The notes beneath the pieces are model-generated. The model had not been told where the DNA came from. It searched no databases and was given only the letters and a program-made list of their open reading frames with translations. 64,000 bases of DNA, taken from NCBI RefSeq assembly GCF_009914755.1, contig NC_060947.1; one strand, given 5' to 3'. How positions within the stretch are numbered: position 1 is the first letter of the stretch; every line of letters starts with the position of its first letter. The position numbers and the translations under genes are program-made. Shown here piece after piece: positions 1 through 15,220 of the stretch. This DNA comes from the human T2T-CHM13v2.0 reference genome, Homo sapiens.

Positions 1-994
1 AACTACCATCAGAGTGAACAGGCAATCTGCAGGATGGGAGAAAATTTTTGCAATCTACCCGTCTGACAAAGGGCTAATACCCAGAATCTACAAAGTACTC
101 AACAAATTTACATGAAAAAAAACAAACAACCCCATCAACAAGTGGGCGAAGGATATGAACAGACACTTCTCAAAAGAAGACATTTGTGCAGTAAACAGAC
201 ACACAAAAAAATGCTCATCATCACTGGGTCATCAGAGAAATGCAAATCAAAACCACAATGAGATACGATCTCGCACCAGTTAGAATGGTGATCATTAAAA
301 AGTCAGGAAACAACAGATGCTGGAGAGGATGTGGAGAAACAGGAACACTTTTACACTGTTGGTGGGACTGTAAAATAGTTCAACCATTGTGGAAGACAGT
401 GTGGTGATTCCTTAAGGATCTAGAACTAGAAATACCATTTGACCCAGCCATCCCATTACTGGCTATATTCCCAAAGGATTATAAATCATGCTACTATAAA
501 GACACATGCACACATATGTTTAATTGTGCCACTATTCACAATAGCAAAGACTTGGAACCAACCCAAATGTCCATCAATGATAGACTGGATTAAGAAAATG
601 TGGCACATATACACCACGGAATACTATGCAGCCCTAAAAAACGATGAGTCCATGTCCTTTGCAGAGACATGAATGAAGCTGAAAACCATCATTCTGAGCA
701 AACTATCGCAAGAACAGAAAACCAAACACCGCATGTTCTCACTCTCAGATGGGAATTGAACAATGAGAACACTTGGACACAGGGTGGGGAACATCACACG
801 CTGGGGCCTGTCCGGGGGTGGGGGGCTGGGGGAGGGATAGCATTAGGAGAAATACCTAATGTAAACGACGAGTTGATGGGTGCAGCAAAGCAACATGGCA
901 CATATACACCTATGCATCAAACCTGCATGTGGTGCACATGTACCCAAGAACTTAAAGTATAATGATAAATAAATAGATAATAAAAAATAAAAAA
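1..994 (+). mobile_element. L1PA (about L1PA5-7) 3' end: ORF2 C-terminus, 3'UTR and A-rich tail; runs off the window start
   Basis: ORF2 C-terminal peptide [28 protein letters not shown]; G-rich 3'UTR at 803-836; ends aacttaaagtataat followed by an A-rich tail. Confidence 0.95.
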
Positions 995-1084
995 GGTGTT
1001 AGTCATGGGTGCCAGACTACAGCAAACAAGGAGAATCACTTAAGGGGTTAGATAAGATTCTGTTTTTCACTCTTTAAAAAGAAT

Positions 1085-1570
1085 TGTAATTTTTAATTTT
1101 TATGGATACATAGTAAATATACATATTTATTGGGGTACATGATATATTTTGATACAGGGTAAATGAGGCAGCCATCACCTCAAGCATTTATCCTTTGTGT
1201 TACAAACAATCCAATTATTCTCTTTTAGTTATTTTAAAATGTATAACAAATTATTGTAGACTGTAGTCACCTATTATGCTGTCAAATACCACATCTTGTT
1301 CATTCTATCTAACTATATTTTTGTACCATCAACATCCCCACTGCCCCCTGCCGACTACCCTTCTCAGCCTGCGGTAACAATCATTCAACTCCCTATCTCC
1401 ACGAGTTCAATTGTTTTAATTTTTAACTTCCACTATACTACACAAATGGGTGGGAGCATGCAGCTTGTTTTTCTGTGCCTGGCTTATTTCACTTAAAATA
1501 ATGTTCCCCAGTTACATTCATGTTGTTACAAATGAGAGGATCTTATTCTTTTTTATGGCTGTCTATTACT
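1085..1570 (-). mobile_element. L1MA-type 3' end
   Basis: tttttatggatacatagt...ggggtacat, ttacaaacaatccaatt and ctgtgcctggcttatttcactt are antisense L1MA 3'UTR motifs. Confidence 0.85.
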
Positions 1571-1594
1571 TCATTTCATTTATTTCATTGGAAG

Positions 1595-2700
1595 TTCATT
1601 TATTTCTGCTCTGACGTTTATTATTTCTTTTCTATACTTCTGGGTTTGCTCTCACTTTTCTATTAATTTTTTGTTTGTTTTTTGTTAGCTGATGTATTTA
1701 TCATTATACTTTAAGTTCTGGGATACATTTTCTATTATAGTTCTTTAAGGTGCACCATTAGGTTGTTTATTTAAAGTTTCTACTTTTTCATGTAGGCACT
1801 TATTGCTACAAACTTTCTTCTTAGTACTGCTTTATCTGTATCCCATAGGTTTTTGTATGTTGTGTTTCCATTTTCATTTAAGAAATGTTTAAATTTCCTT
1901 CTTAATTTCTTCATTGACTTGCTGGTCCATCGGGAGTATGTTGTTTAATTTGCATGTGTTTGAATAGTTTCCAAAGTTATCATTATTGATTTCTAGTTTT
2001 ATTCCACTGTTGTCAGAGGAGATACTTGATATTATTTCAATTTATTTGAAATTTTTATGACTTGCTTTGTGGCCTAATATATGGTCTATCCTTGGGAATG
2101 ATCCATGTGTTGAGGAGAAGAATATGGATTCTGCAGCTGTTCTGTAAATATTTATCAGATGCATTTGGTTTATAGTGCAGATTAAGTCTGATGTTTCTTT
2201 GCTGATTTTCGGTCTTGATGATATAGCTAATGCTGAAAGAGGGCTGTTAAACTCTCCAGCTATTATTGTATTGTATTGGAGTCTCTTTCTCTTTAGTTCT
2301 ACTAATATTTGCTTTATATATCTGGGTGCTCCAGTGTTAGGTGCATATTTATTTACAATTGTTATAGCCTCTGGTTGAATTGACACATCTATCATCATAT
2401 AGTGACCTTCTTTGTCTACTTTTACAGTTTTTGTCTTGAAATCTAGTTTGTCTCATATAAGTATAGCTTCTCCTGCTCTTTTTTGGTTTCAGTTTGCATG
2501 AGATACCTTTTTGTTTTCAGCCTACCTGTGTCCTTATAGATGACGTGTATTTCTTATAGGCAACAGATCCTTTGGTCTTGTTTATTTATCCATTCAGCCA
2601 CTCTATGTCTTTTGATTGGAGAGTTTAGTCCATTTACATTCAGTGTTATTGATAAATAAAGACTTACTCCTGCCATTTTGTTATTGCTTTCTTGTTTTTT
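1595..2700 (-). mobile_element. Old L1 ORF2 endonuclease region (degenerate)
   Basis: ORF 2042-2398 reads YAPNTGAPRYIKQIL...FSSTHGSFPRIDHILGHK, the APE-like L1 endonuclease. Confidence 0.9.
1666..1727 (-). mobile_element. Ultra-short L1PA 3'-terminal insertion
   Basis: attatactttaagttctgggataca plus a T-rich tail, flanked by the direct repeat ttttctatta (1656-1665 and 1728-1737). Confidence 0.7.
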
Positions 2701-3762
2701 TTTTTTTTGGAAGATTTTTAGAACATAATTTTAAGATATTTTCTAAGAAAAATGTTCTGAAAATGATTTCTAGCTTACATGTTCCATACCTGAAAGAAAG
2801 CATAGTATGTGTAGAAAGTATGTGAATGGAGATGGAAAGATGCCTGCAATACTGTCCATTCTTTCGTATCACACAGTGTTTGAAATTTATAGGAATCCAT
2901 GTTGTTGGGAGATGCTGAAATTTGCTGCCAGTAAATACTTCTCCTTTAGCCTGGGTATACAGGTAGCATAAAAGAACAGGGAAGCCAAGGATTTTAGAAA
3001 TCAAACATTCAGTCTCGTATTTCCTGGCTTTTTTTTTTTTTTCACAAAAGTATATGCTGAAATTAAGAAAATTTGTTTTCCTACTTTCTACTGAAATATG
3101 ATCTCCTTGTAACATTTGGCTTCGTGTCGTTCCTGTATCATTCTGTTGGCACTGTTCATACACTTACCTGTGTGGCACTTGTTTGTCTATAAACATGTTT
3201 TTTTTTTCCAATAGGTTGGAAGCTTCAATAAAGGTAGGGATTGGATGCCAATTCTAAAAAGATACTAGCTGCCTCCAATGAAATCTGGTTAAGTGCAGAA
3301 TAATTTCTACAGAAAACAACTCTTTTATTTAAAATGATTTTTTACTGTTAAAAAATAGAAACAGTAGCCTGGAAATGGAGAAAAATCTATCTCTGAGTTT
3401 CACTGTAAATACTAAAAACTCAGTAGGCTTGTTTCAAGGGAATGGGAACTGGACCTTTTATTTGCTTTTCTGTTACCATTTAGGCAAATATAAAATTTAC
3501 AGCTGGTCTCTCTTATGCTGTCAGAGCAATTTGACTTTTCTTTTTGGATTTGACAAGAGGGAATATTCTTGTCTTGAATGCCATTAATAGTAATGTAACA
3601 AATGTACATCAGCTATGAATGAATCCCAAATGCTTTAAATAGGTCTATGTAAAGAAATGCATAAAACAAAGGATGAAAAGAAAGTGCTACCAAGGGAAGG
3701 GGAGCTGTAGTTGTATGCTGTTACGTTCTAAGCATCAGTTGATATTCGGATTCTGTTTCACC

Positions 3763-3763
3763 A

Positions 3764-3795
<32 letters not shown>

Positions 3796-3808
3796 AACAA
3801 AAAAAAAA
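3763..3808 (+). repeat. (AAAAC)n / A-rich simple repeat
   Basis: Seen directly in the sequence. Confidence 0.9.
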
Positions 3809-4479
3809 CCCTAAAACACCTATTTTTTGTGTATGAACTATTAAGTGACAATCACCTCAAGACTAGCTTGCTTTCTTTTTAACATAAGAATCTAAAATAC
3901 ACTAAGAATGAAAACTTGCAGGAGTCCTTTGATAAAGAAAAATTCCGTCTCTTATATCAAGTTTAATATTTCTAATAAGCAGGTGCCAACATTTATCTAA
4001 CATGACATTCCCATTCCCTGCAGTAATACAATGCTAATTGATCAAAGTTTACGAACGCAAAATGTATTTTATTAAACATAGCATGAGAGCAGAATATGTA
4101 GAGTGTGCTTGTGCTTGTATTTGGTTGACATAACACTTAATTTTTTTTTCGTCTACTCAGCATGAATGTTAAACTGTTGGGAAATATATCTAGCTTAGGC
4201 AGTCTATGGTCACTTTTGCAAGCAGAAAAAAAAGCATCTCTTAGTTCTGGCATCAGGTGGACCAGATCCCTTCATTTTTACTTGTAGATATTTTAGACAA
4301 GTTAAGCATGTGTTAGATTTAAGCCACTGTCTTTCAAAATACCAACTTCTTTATTAAAGTCTTTTATTTTCACATGGCAGTCCATAAACCTTTCTGATTT
4401 TTTCAACAGGTCTTTCAAGTTCTATTGCTGATTCTAAAGAATTGGATTTTTTAGGAGGAGGAAGAGTGGGAGTAGCTAG

Positions 4480-4755
4480 AGACAGTGTGTTAGTGATCAA
4501 TAGCCATATGCTTAGATTCATGCAGTTTATGTTTATATCCTATTTCTACCTCTTGTGATTTGTGTTAACTTGATTAATGGGTACTTTTCTCTTCCATCAA
4601 GTTTTCTTTTCCATAAAGAGATACAATATCAGCACTTCCCTCATGAGGTAGCTGTGAAGGTCAAATAAGGCAACATAAATGAAGTGTTTAGTGTGGGGAA
4701 TGGCAATTGTAAATGCTTTATTAAATTACCTACCATCTTGTTATTACTATTATCA
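4480..4755 (+). mobile_element. MIR SINE (degenerate)
   Basis: Core-like ccctcatgaggtagctgtgaaggtcaaataag and a tail ending in ttattactattatc. Confidence 0.7.
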
Positions 4756-5101
4756 CAAGTAAAAAGTTAAATGTCACATAAATGGAGGCTATACTTAGAA
4801 TGAGTGTGTTAAGAATGTATAGTTACCTTATATGCATACAATTTCTACTGAATAAATTAAAAATTATTTTTAAGAGTTAGATTTAAAATAATTTTCATTG
4901 ATAATATGATGTAGATTTTTGTCAAATTTAATGGTATATTAGAAACAAATTTATTTCAAAGGTTGATTTCCTGATGGAAGCAGTGTATTACTACAAATAC
5001 TCTCATTTTCTACATATTGCCATTATTTTAAAATAATCTAGATTAATTTTCAGGGGTAGTAAATGTTACCAGTTGTCATCTTTCCACAAAAGCAGTCAGG
5101 T

Positions 5102-5420
<319 letters not shown>

Positions 5421-6049
5421 TTATTAGCATGACATTCAAATCTTATTTTCTAATCAAAACATTTTGGGATCAATTATGCTAACAAAGGTTAAATGGAAAT
5501 ATGAAAAGAAAAATTAGTTTTTTCTTGAACACATATTTGAATTCAATTTTGAAAAGGGGACATGGGAGTTATCACTATTTGAATTAGGCAATTTCTATTA
5601 ATTTTAGAAAATACAGTACTACTTGTTTGATGGGAGCAACAAATATTTTATAAAGATTTAATGTTTATAAATTTATAAAATTCCTTACAATAGAAAATGA
5701 TTACTTTTATATTCAAGCAGAATTTACCATACAAAAATATACAATAAATATGCTAAGCGCACAGCTCCAATCTCTCATGACAATTCCACCAACTTTCTTA
5801 AACAAAAAATTTCCTGTTTTGTTGTTGTTAATGCACTCTCACAGTAGAAAATAATTTTCTATTTTTCATTGATAATATGATGTCAAGGCAAAATTAAGAC
5901 ACAAGTAATGTTACTTCATAAGGATTTCCCAAGAATTTGTAAATTATCACATTTGGTGCTCAACCTACTAGACCATAAAATATCAATGTTGCCAAAATAA
6001 AATGATTACAACGATTACAATGACAATAAAGACAATGACAGTGATGATA

Positions 6050-6690
6050 GGAATTCTTACCTGTACTGAGAGTTTTCTACATGTCAGGGACTGTGCTAAA
6101 CACATATACATATCCCTGTTCCATCATTATAGGAACTTTATAAGGTATGTACTTTTATCTATCCCATTTTACAGATAAGGAAATTACTATAGTTTGAATG
6201 GATGTGTCTCTTCCAAAATTCATATGTTGGAACTTATACCCTAACACGATGGTATTAAGATATGGGGCCTTCTGGGAAGTGATTAAGTCATGAGGACTCT
6301 CCCTTCATGAATGGCATTAATGCCTTTATGAAAGAGGCTTAAGGGAGCTGCCTGCGCCTTCTCTATCTTCCACTACGTGAGCACACAGCATTAGTTTCTT
6401 TTGCCTGTCTTCTCTTATGCCATGTGAGGTTGCAGGACAAGGAGTTATATTGTAAGGAGAGGTGGACCCACACCAGATACCATGATTTTGGACTTCTCAG
6501 TCTCCAGAATTCTGAGAAATAAATTTCTGTTGTTTATAAATTACCCAGTTTATGATGTTGTATTATATAGCAGCAGGAAAGGACTAAGAGAAATTAAAGC
6601 TTAAAGAGGTGAATTTGACTTTACCCATTTAGTGTGTTGTAGAAGTGGTATTTAAACCAAGGACGGTAAATGTATGAGAGTCCAAGCATT
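6050..6690 (-). mobile_element. MIR split by a MaLR LTR
   Basis: cccattttacagataaggaaat ... taaagcttaaagaggtgaa reassembles the MIR core across the LTR. Confidence 0.7.
6185..6589 (+). mobile_element. MaLR solo LTR (MST/MLT1A class)
   Basis: Starts tactatagtttgaat...ccaaaattcatatgttg; ends aaataaatttctgttgtttataaattacccagt...gcagcaggaaaggactaaga; probable 5-bp TSD gaaat. Confidence 0.85.
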
Positions 6691-8115
6691 TAACAACCAA
6701 TGCCTTATAAGCAACAGTCAAAGTTGTGTAGAAGGATGTTCTTCAGCTCTTGCTAAAGAGGACAACATTCAGGTGGTACAGCACATCCTTGGCCATGCTT
6801 ACCTCCTCAAGGAAAAAGCAATGAGAGTTGTATGTTGTTTATCTTTTTCAATAACCGAGGTCCTAACAAGGGCTCCAAGTTAACACCTAAGGGCCCCTGA
6901 GGTATGTCATTTGACTCTGTTCCACTCAGGCAATCATCAAGGCACCAAGGAAATGCCCACTCCCAGATATAGGTGACTACAGCAACTTGTCTGTCTTGAA
7001 CACTGGAGGAAAGGTGAATGCACTGTGTCATGCCCATTACTCATTCATGGTTCTATATGCCATGACACACTGATTGAGATTTGCTCCAATTTACAGTAAT
7101 TTAGTAACTGTCATTTACCTACCAGACGAATATGTTGATTATGTCAGTATCACAGACCCATACAAAGAAATTGCTGTATTCTATCAATTTGAATATGTGT
7201 CTTTTCTGAATCACTATAGCTCTCTCTTCCCTACAATACAATCAATCTTGATTATACATTGCCATACAGTTTTTACATGTACTTTTCTCTTTTAAAAAAA
7301 TATACTATAATTCCTTGAGTTTCAGGCCTGGGACCTCTAGATTTCTTTCACATTCCCCACAGTTCTGAGCAGTTGGGCCCAATAGCTCAGCATAATTTTG
7401 CTTGATGATCATTCTTCAAGCCTGTATTTTATGCTTCATCATTCATAGCCAAGGTGGAATTAATGCTTTGAGTTTTAATAGTAGGAATGAATGTATTCAT
7501 ATGTATATTTCTTTTTACTCAACCTGCCTTGAGACAACAACTCCCACTTTTCAGATGCTGGCCAGGAGGTGGAATGTACTTTCTTATAATAGAACACAGT
7601 AAAGTCCACCCACCTTCAGAAATTCAATCCCTTGATCAGGATGTAAAAGTAGCTATTATGTGTTTGGCGCTGTAATCGGTACTAAAGTTTATAAGAGAGA
7701 AGATAGATGCTGTTAGAAATCTGAAATCTCATTGGAGAGCTCTGTAGCACTTTAAAACAAACAAATTACCCACACTGTAGCAGAAAACATATGTAAAAGC
7801 TGTAGGATACATTATAAACATGCCAACATGGAGTAATATAAGACGATATGTACCTACTTAACTATTTCTGTGAGACACTACAGTCAAAGCTTGCAGCTTT
7901 GCCCCTAAACACATCATATTTGCTTGAACCCTTTTTATCTTTTCTATGGTAGCTTAATCACATTAGATCGGAGCTGACTGCTGGTTGACAAAAAGCTATG
8001 TCCCATCTTTTATTCAAACCAAGTAACATGATATCCCAGAATTAAAAGGTCCAAACACTTTTCTGTTGCTCTTTTTTTACGTACATATTTTCACTTTTGA
8101 AATATATATATAACT

Positions 8116-8332
8116 CAGTGGTTGGGAAACTAAAACCAGCAGTCCAAGTTCAGTCTGCTTCCTGTTTCTGTTAAAAAATTAAAAAAAGTTTTATTGGAAT
8201 ACAACCACACCCATTCATTGATGAAGTGTTGTTACTGCTTTCATGCTAGACAGTATTTTGGAGACCACATGGTCTGCAAAGCTTTAAAATATTTATCTTG
8301 TCCTTTATTTATAAAGCTTGCTGACAACTTTT
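8116..8332. mobile_element. MER58A-like hAT-Charlie MITE
   Basis: aaagttttattggaatacaaccacacccattcatt ... aaaatatttatc...gcttgctgacaac. Confidence 0.75.
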
Positions 8333-8418
8333 TAAAATTAATATTTAGTTCAATAAAATGTAGTAATGTGTTTCTCAGACATTTACCATCTATATGTATC
8401 AACAAAACATCCTGAAGA

Positions 8419-8677
8419 TTTTTTTTTTTTTTTTTGAAACGAAGTCTCTCTCTGTCCCCCCAGGCTGGAGTGCAGTGGCACCGTCTTGGCTCAAGCAGTT
8501 CTCGTGCCTCAGCCATGTGCAAAACCACACTCAGCTATTTTTTTTTCATTTTATTTTTTTTAATAGAGATGGGGTTTCTTTTTGTTGGCCAGGCTGGTCT
8601 TGAACTCCTGACCTCAAGTGATCTGCCTGCCTTGGCCTACCAATGGGCTGGGATTACAGGCGTGAGCCACCACACCT
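8419..8677 (-). mobile_element. Alu (old S/J type, with internal deletions)
   Basis: PolyT followed by an antisense Alu body; gaaga on both sides. Confidence 0.9.
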
Positions 8678-8879
8678 GAAGACCATTTCCTTGAGTATGG
8701 ATAGGGAGTCACAACCCCCAAATACAGTAGTCATTCAGAATTGTTTGCAATGTGTCATTTTCTATGAAGTATAAAGCATTTATTCTAGGTTATTTATATG
8801 CTATAGAAAGATTAGATAAAAACAACCAAAGGTGGTAGCTTTAGCATTTTCATAACCTTCATCAAGTTTACAAATAGCA

Positions 8880-9450
8880 AAATACTTTATTTCCTACTGT
8901 GGACGTGTGCTGGGTTAGGGTCTGAGGATATTGAAGTAAATAAAATATAGTTTGGTCTTTAATGTTTTCACACTCTAGTTGGAAGAGAGAAAATTATAGT
9001 GGAAAACAACATTTTTAGTGTGATAAAGGCCCTGTAGGAAAACAGCATATAAATGAGGAGGTAACCCCTCTGTCCAAGGGAATTGGGGAAGATCTGCATA
9101 AGACATGGTATTTGACCTGAATTCCAAATGATGGACAGTGATAATCAGGTGGGGAAGGTGGTCTAGGCAGAGAAAGGGGCACATTCAAAGGCAGAAACTT
9201 TAAAGGGTGTACTTTATTGTGCTCAGTGAGGCTACATTTATGACACTGTTCAAAACATTAAATATCCTGTATGTCATAATTACTGTTGATAAAATCAGAG
9301 AGGAGAGATTGGAGAAAGAAGACCAGTATGTGAGGGACTAAGAAAAGTGAGAATTAGAAAAAGTATAATGTTGGAAAAGAGATAAAGGTTATTAAGTAGA
9401 TTTCACAGAATTTCTTGACCCATTGCACATGTAAATTAGAGAGAGAGCAA
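8880..9450 (-). mobile_element. L2 fragment (highly degenerate)
   Basis: Purine-rich L2-like motifs ggtatttgacctga and ctaggcagagaaaggggcacattcaaaggc. Confidence 0.5.
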
Positions 9451-9475
9451 TCAATATTTGAGGCAATTAATTTAA

Positions 9476-10185
<710 letters not shown>

Positions 10186-10719
10186 TATGTCAAGGGAAAA
10201 ACTAGAAGGAAGAAATAAAGATAGCTTTTATATCAGGAACATAATGTGGTTCCCATTGGTACTGGGAAACTTCTGTTTGTGCCCCAGACACATTCTCCCC
10301 CACCCCCCGTTTTTACATCATACTCCGCCAGGGAATGCTGACATGTATGGATAATATCTGTGGGTTTAAGTGATCTTTGACACCTGGTGAGGTTTGGTCA
10401 ATGGATATCCTCAGAGGGAGAGAAGAGAGTGAGCCACGATTCCCCTGCTTCTTCCCAGGTGAAGTTCTAGTAGGTCAGTTTTCTCTCTTAAGAGAAGGTT
10501 ACTGTTCCTCTCTCAAAGAGGCTTTCTCTGGAAGCCTCTCTGCTTATGAATAGTGAAAAATATCCATTTTTTCTGCCTCTTTTGGCCAGAGGAGGTGACA
10601 GTTCTGCAATTCCTAGCTCTGTGTTTCTGCTCTTTCACTTTTTAGCCCTTTTATAAACCCTTGTTGAATTAGCTTAGTTTGAACGGATCAGCTGTTACTG
10701 TCGTAAAATTTAAGATTTC

Positions 10720-10845
10720 TTCATCTATTTAATAATAATTTATTCTCTACCTACTTTGTGCCAGTATTCTTCTGGGTGTTGGGGAGTCAGCCTGGAACTC
10801 AATGAAGTATCTGCTCCCACAGAGTTTATAGTCCATGAGGAAAAA
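10720..10845 (-). mobile_element. L2 3' end fragment
   Basis: atttattctctacctactttgtgccag...gctcccacagagtttatagtc. Confidence 0.6.
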
Positions 10846-11108
10846 GCAAAGAAGATGGAAAGGAAACTCAGGTATTTGGGCTTCTTTCTTTCCAAAGCTT
10901 TAATAAAATTACAGTAAAGAAATACAAAAGAAACATTTTATAAACAAGAGAGGGAGAGAAGACTATTAGGAGATAAGAGATTCCAATGAATTTTCAGAAG
11001 ATAGAAATGAGATGGAAGCACAAGATGAATTATACTATACAAGAGACACAGATACAAGTTTATTAATATACATAAGGCCCACACAAACTTCTTGCAGGGC
11101 CTACATTA

Positions 11109-11596
11109 TGTGAAACTTAGCAGTGTGATACAATCTGGACTGGGGATCACCAACCTTGGCCCAGGGATTTCCAGGAGACAAGGCCACCTCAATGCAGATG
11201 CAACATTCATAAACCTTAAAACAAAGCTTGCCCTTAATATTCTTACCTTTACCTAAAGCTATTCTTATAACTTACACTCCTTTTATAAAAGAAATACCTG
11301 GTAACTGACCCAGACTGAATACAGGTATAAATAAGGGGGAAGAAATCCCCAAACTTTGAGAATGATCCTCAGATGGATACCTTCCAGTCAATTGGTCATC
11401 TGAACCCTTGACTCTATCTGGACCATGACACCAGCCTGCTCCCGCTGTCCATCTTGTAAGAGCCCTGCCAGAATAAACTGCTTGAGCATCAGGCAGTGTC
11501 TAAGACATATTTGATGCAAATGAAAATAAATGGGAAAAAATTACTCCTGCAGAAGCTGGTTAACTAGGACCATCTGAGAGCCCTAAACAGGACACA
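11109..11596 (+). mobile_element. Probable ERV solo LTR (family not assigned)
   Basis: TG...CA ends, about 490 bp; TATAAA at 11326; AATAAA at 11472; near-TSD atta/aata. Confidence 0.55.
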
Positions 11597-11599
11597 AAT

Positions 11600-12350
11600 A
11601 AAATTATAACTAAACAAAAATACAGAAAACATGGGCCATCAAAAAGGGTGAACCAATAAAAACAAAAACAAACAAACAAACAAACAAACACAAATAGGCA
11701 TTCCTAGAAGAGAGAATAAAATAAATGCAAAGAAAACTTAGAAAATAAAAAAAATAGGTTGGCAAAAACCAAAATGAAGCATGAATCCCCAGACAGCCCA
11801 ATGGTGACAATGTCCTTGTGCTGAGTAAGAATAAAAATCCCCACAGCTCAACATGGCATCTTAAATTTTGAGAATGCCAAGGATAAAGGCAAGCTCTCAA
11901 AAACTTCCAAGGAGGTGAAATCTACAGAGACAGATTCCTGACAAAGGAATGAGAATTGGCCTACAATCAATTGCCCTAGCATTACTGCATGGTTGTTGTC
12001 TAAGTCCTGTGACAGCGACTTTGAAAATAATATTGTATATACATTTAATCTGCCTATCAAGTGTAAGGACAAAATTTAGGTACATTCAGAAATTCAAAAA
12101 CTGAAAAAGTTACGGCTCATGCACCTCCTCTGAAGAAATTGCTTGAATCTACTACACTAAGAAACTAGAGGATGAAAACCAAGAAACAGGAAGAAAACAG
12201 GATTTAATAAATGGAACTCATCTAGGAGTCAAGTGGCAAAAATTCCAAGATGACATCTCTATGGTAGGCTTAGAAAGTAATAACTGCAAATTAAGTTGAG
12301 AGTCAAATGTCTCTAAGATTGCTTTATTGAAGAAAACAACTGTAAGGAAT
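11600..12350 (+). mobile_element. Very old L1M/HAL1-like ORF1 remnant
   Basis: aatgccaaggataaagg...aaaaacttcca, aaggaatgagaatt and tatcaagtgtaaggacaaaat resemble degraded ORF1 C-terminal sequence. Confidence 0.5.
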
Positions 12351-13726
12351 TCCAATAATAGAGTGTAAATAAAAAGATGTAAGTTATTAGTGATGCTACA
12401 AAACAGGCTTTCCCACCAATCTTAAAATAGAAAGAGAAAACCAGTAAATTCAGGGGTGGGGGTAGCATGATGAAAAATAAAGTCATGGTTTAATTGTGAA
12501 ACAAACCAAAACTTGTCATGATTGACTTTAATGCAAAAGTATCCATTTGACCTGAATCAGAAGTGCTTTCTGTGAAGTGCCACAAAAATTGTGAGATGAG
12601 ACCTATGCAAAGTAGTGTGCAACCTTAGCACACTACTTTGTTGCATAGTGAACCATAGTTAGAGTCAAATTCATCTAACTACATGTTTTCAATTTAAAAA
12701 ATAAGCACAGAAGCAATACATGGGCCACTTAAATATGGTTACAGAAATAAAAGTAAATGCCATTAACCCTGACAAATTAAAGGTAAAGGTGAGAGTAAAA
12801 GGAAGATAAGATACAAGAAGTGGATGGAAGTGTAGGTTCGCCAATCTCCTACCACTCATAGAAGAGAATTTGAAATCTTGACAAGTCAGGAAATAATCAT
12901 ATAATTCCATGTTTATGTCTGTTTTTTTATTCCAAAAGTAAACAAAAATACTAAATCAAAAATATTAAGTGAAAAATACTGTTAATAACATTATCTTTGT
13001 GATTTGAAGACAATTGATATTCTCTTAATAAAAAATTATAATAGGAGATAGTTTCTAATGGTAGGAATTATTAATCAGTAGAAGTAAAACAAGAAATAGT
13101 TAAAACAGTTAAATGTGTCAGATGCTAGTAGGTGGAGATAGAGACTGGGGAGAGGGATAGAGGAAAGCCAAATGGAATTATTATCTTGTGCATTTATTAC
13201 TTTGATATTTTTAAAAAATAGAATACTATTTAATACGCTGTTGTATGTAGCCTATTAGGCAAAACTGAATTTGTACTATATGTGACCCTCTGTATTTTAA
13301 GGATATCTCAACCAATTATATTTTTGTACAAATAAAATTACAGGAGGAATCATCATGCTAAAACTCTAACATGATTTAATTCAAAAGAAATAAGATTAAT
13401 CCCCAAAATGTGTTTTGACAAGTAGAGAATATTTAAAAATACAAACTACTTTGCACTAATGAAAATTATTCAGTAGGAAAATAAAATAATGATGAGAAAC
13501 AGGAGAGGTGATGGGGCTTCAATAAAAAGGTATTACTCAGATGAGTAAACCGTGTTCATTTGATTTCCATCTTTTCCTAAAAGTTTGGAAGTTTAAAGCA
13601 GAGTCTTTCCCAAATTTATATTCCAATTTTAGGCACACATTACTGCCAATGGGTATATGAAGACATGCTCAGCATCACTAATCTTCAGGGCAATGTTTAT
13701 CAAAACCACAACCTCACACCTTTTAG

Positions 13727-14926
<1,200 letters not shown>

Positions 14927-15177
14927 TAATCTTTGCACATTGTTGGTGATAATGTAAATAGTTACAGCCTATGGAAAACAGTTTGAGTTTTCCTCAAAAA
15001 ATTAAAAATAGAATTACCATATGATTCAGTAATTTCTTTCAAGGGTATATATCCAAAGGAAATAAAGTCAGTATCTCAAAAAGACATCTGCCCTCCCATA
15101 TTTGTTGCAATATTATTCACAACAGCCTAGATAGAGGACCAGTGTGGTGTTGATGGATAAATGGATGAAGAAATGTT

Positions 15178-15187
15178 TATACATATA

Positions 15188-15220
<33 letters not shown>

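Noticed and set aside
803-836. G-quadruplex-forming tract
   Set aside because: Standard L1PA 3'UTR feature and not locus-specific
2681-3163. 160-aa minus-strand ORF in unique DNA
   Set aside because: Non-ATG start, poly-K from T runs and no recognisable domain
7074-7295. Protein-like ORF (YLPDEYVDYVSITDPYKEIAVFYQFEY)
   Set aside because: No recognisable family or convincing flanking splice sites; likely chance
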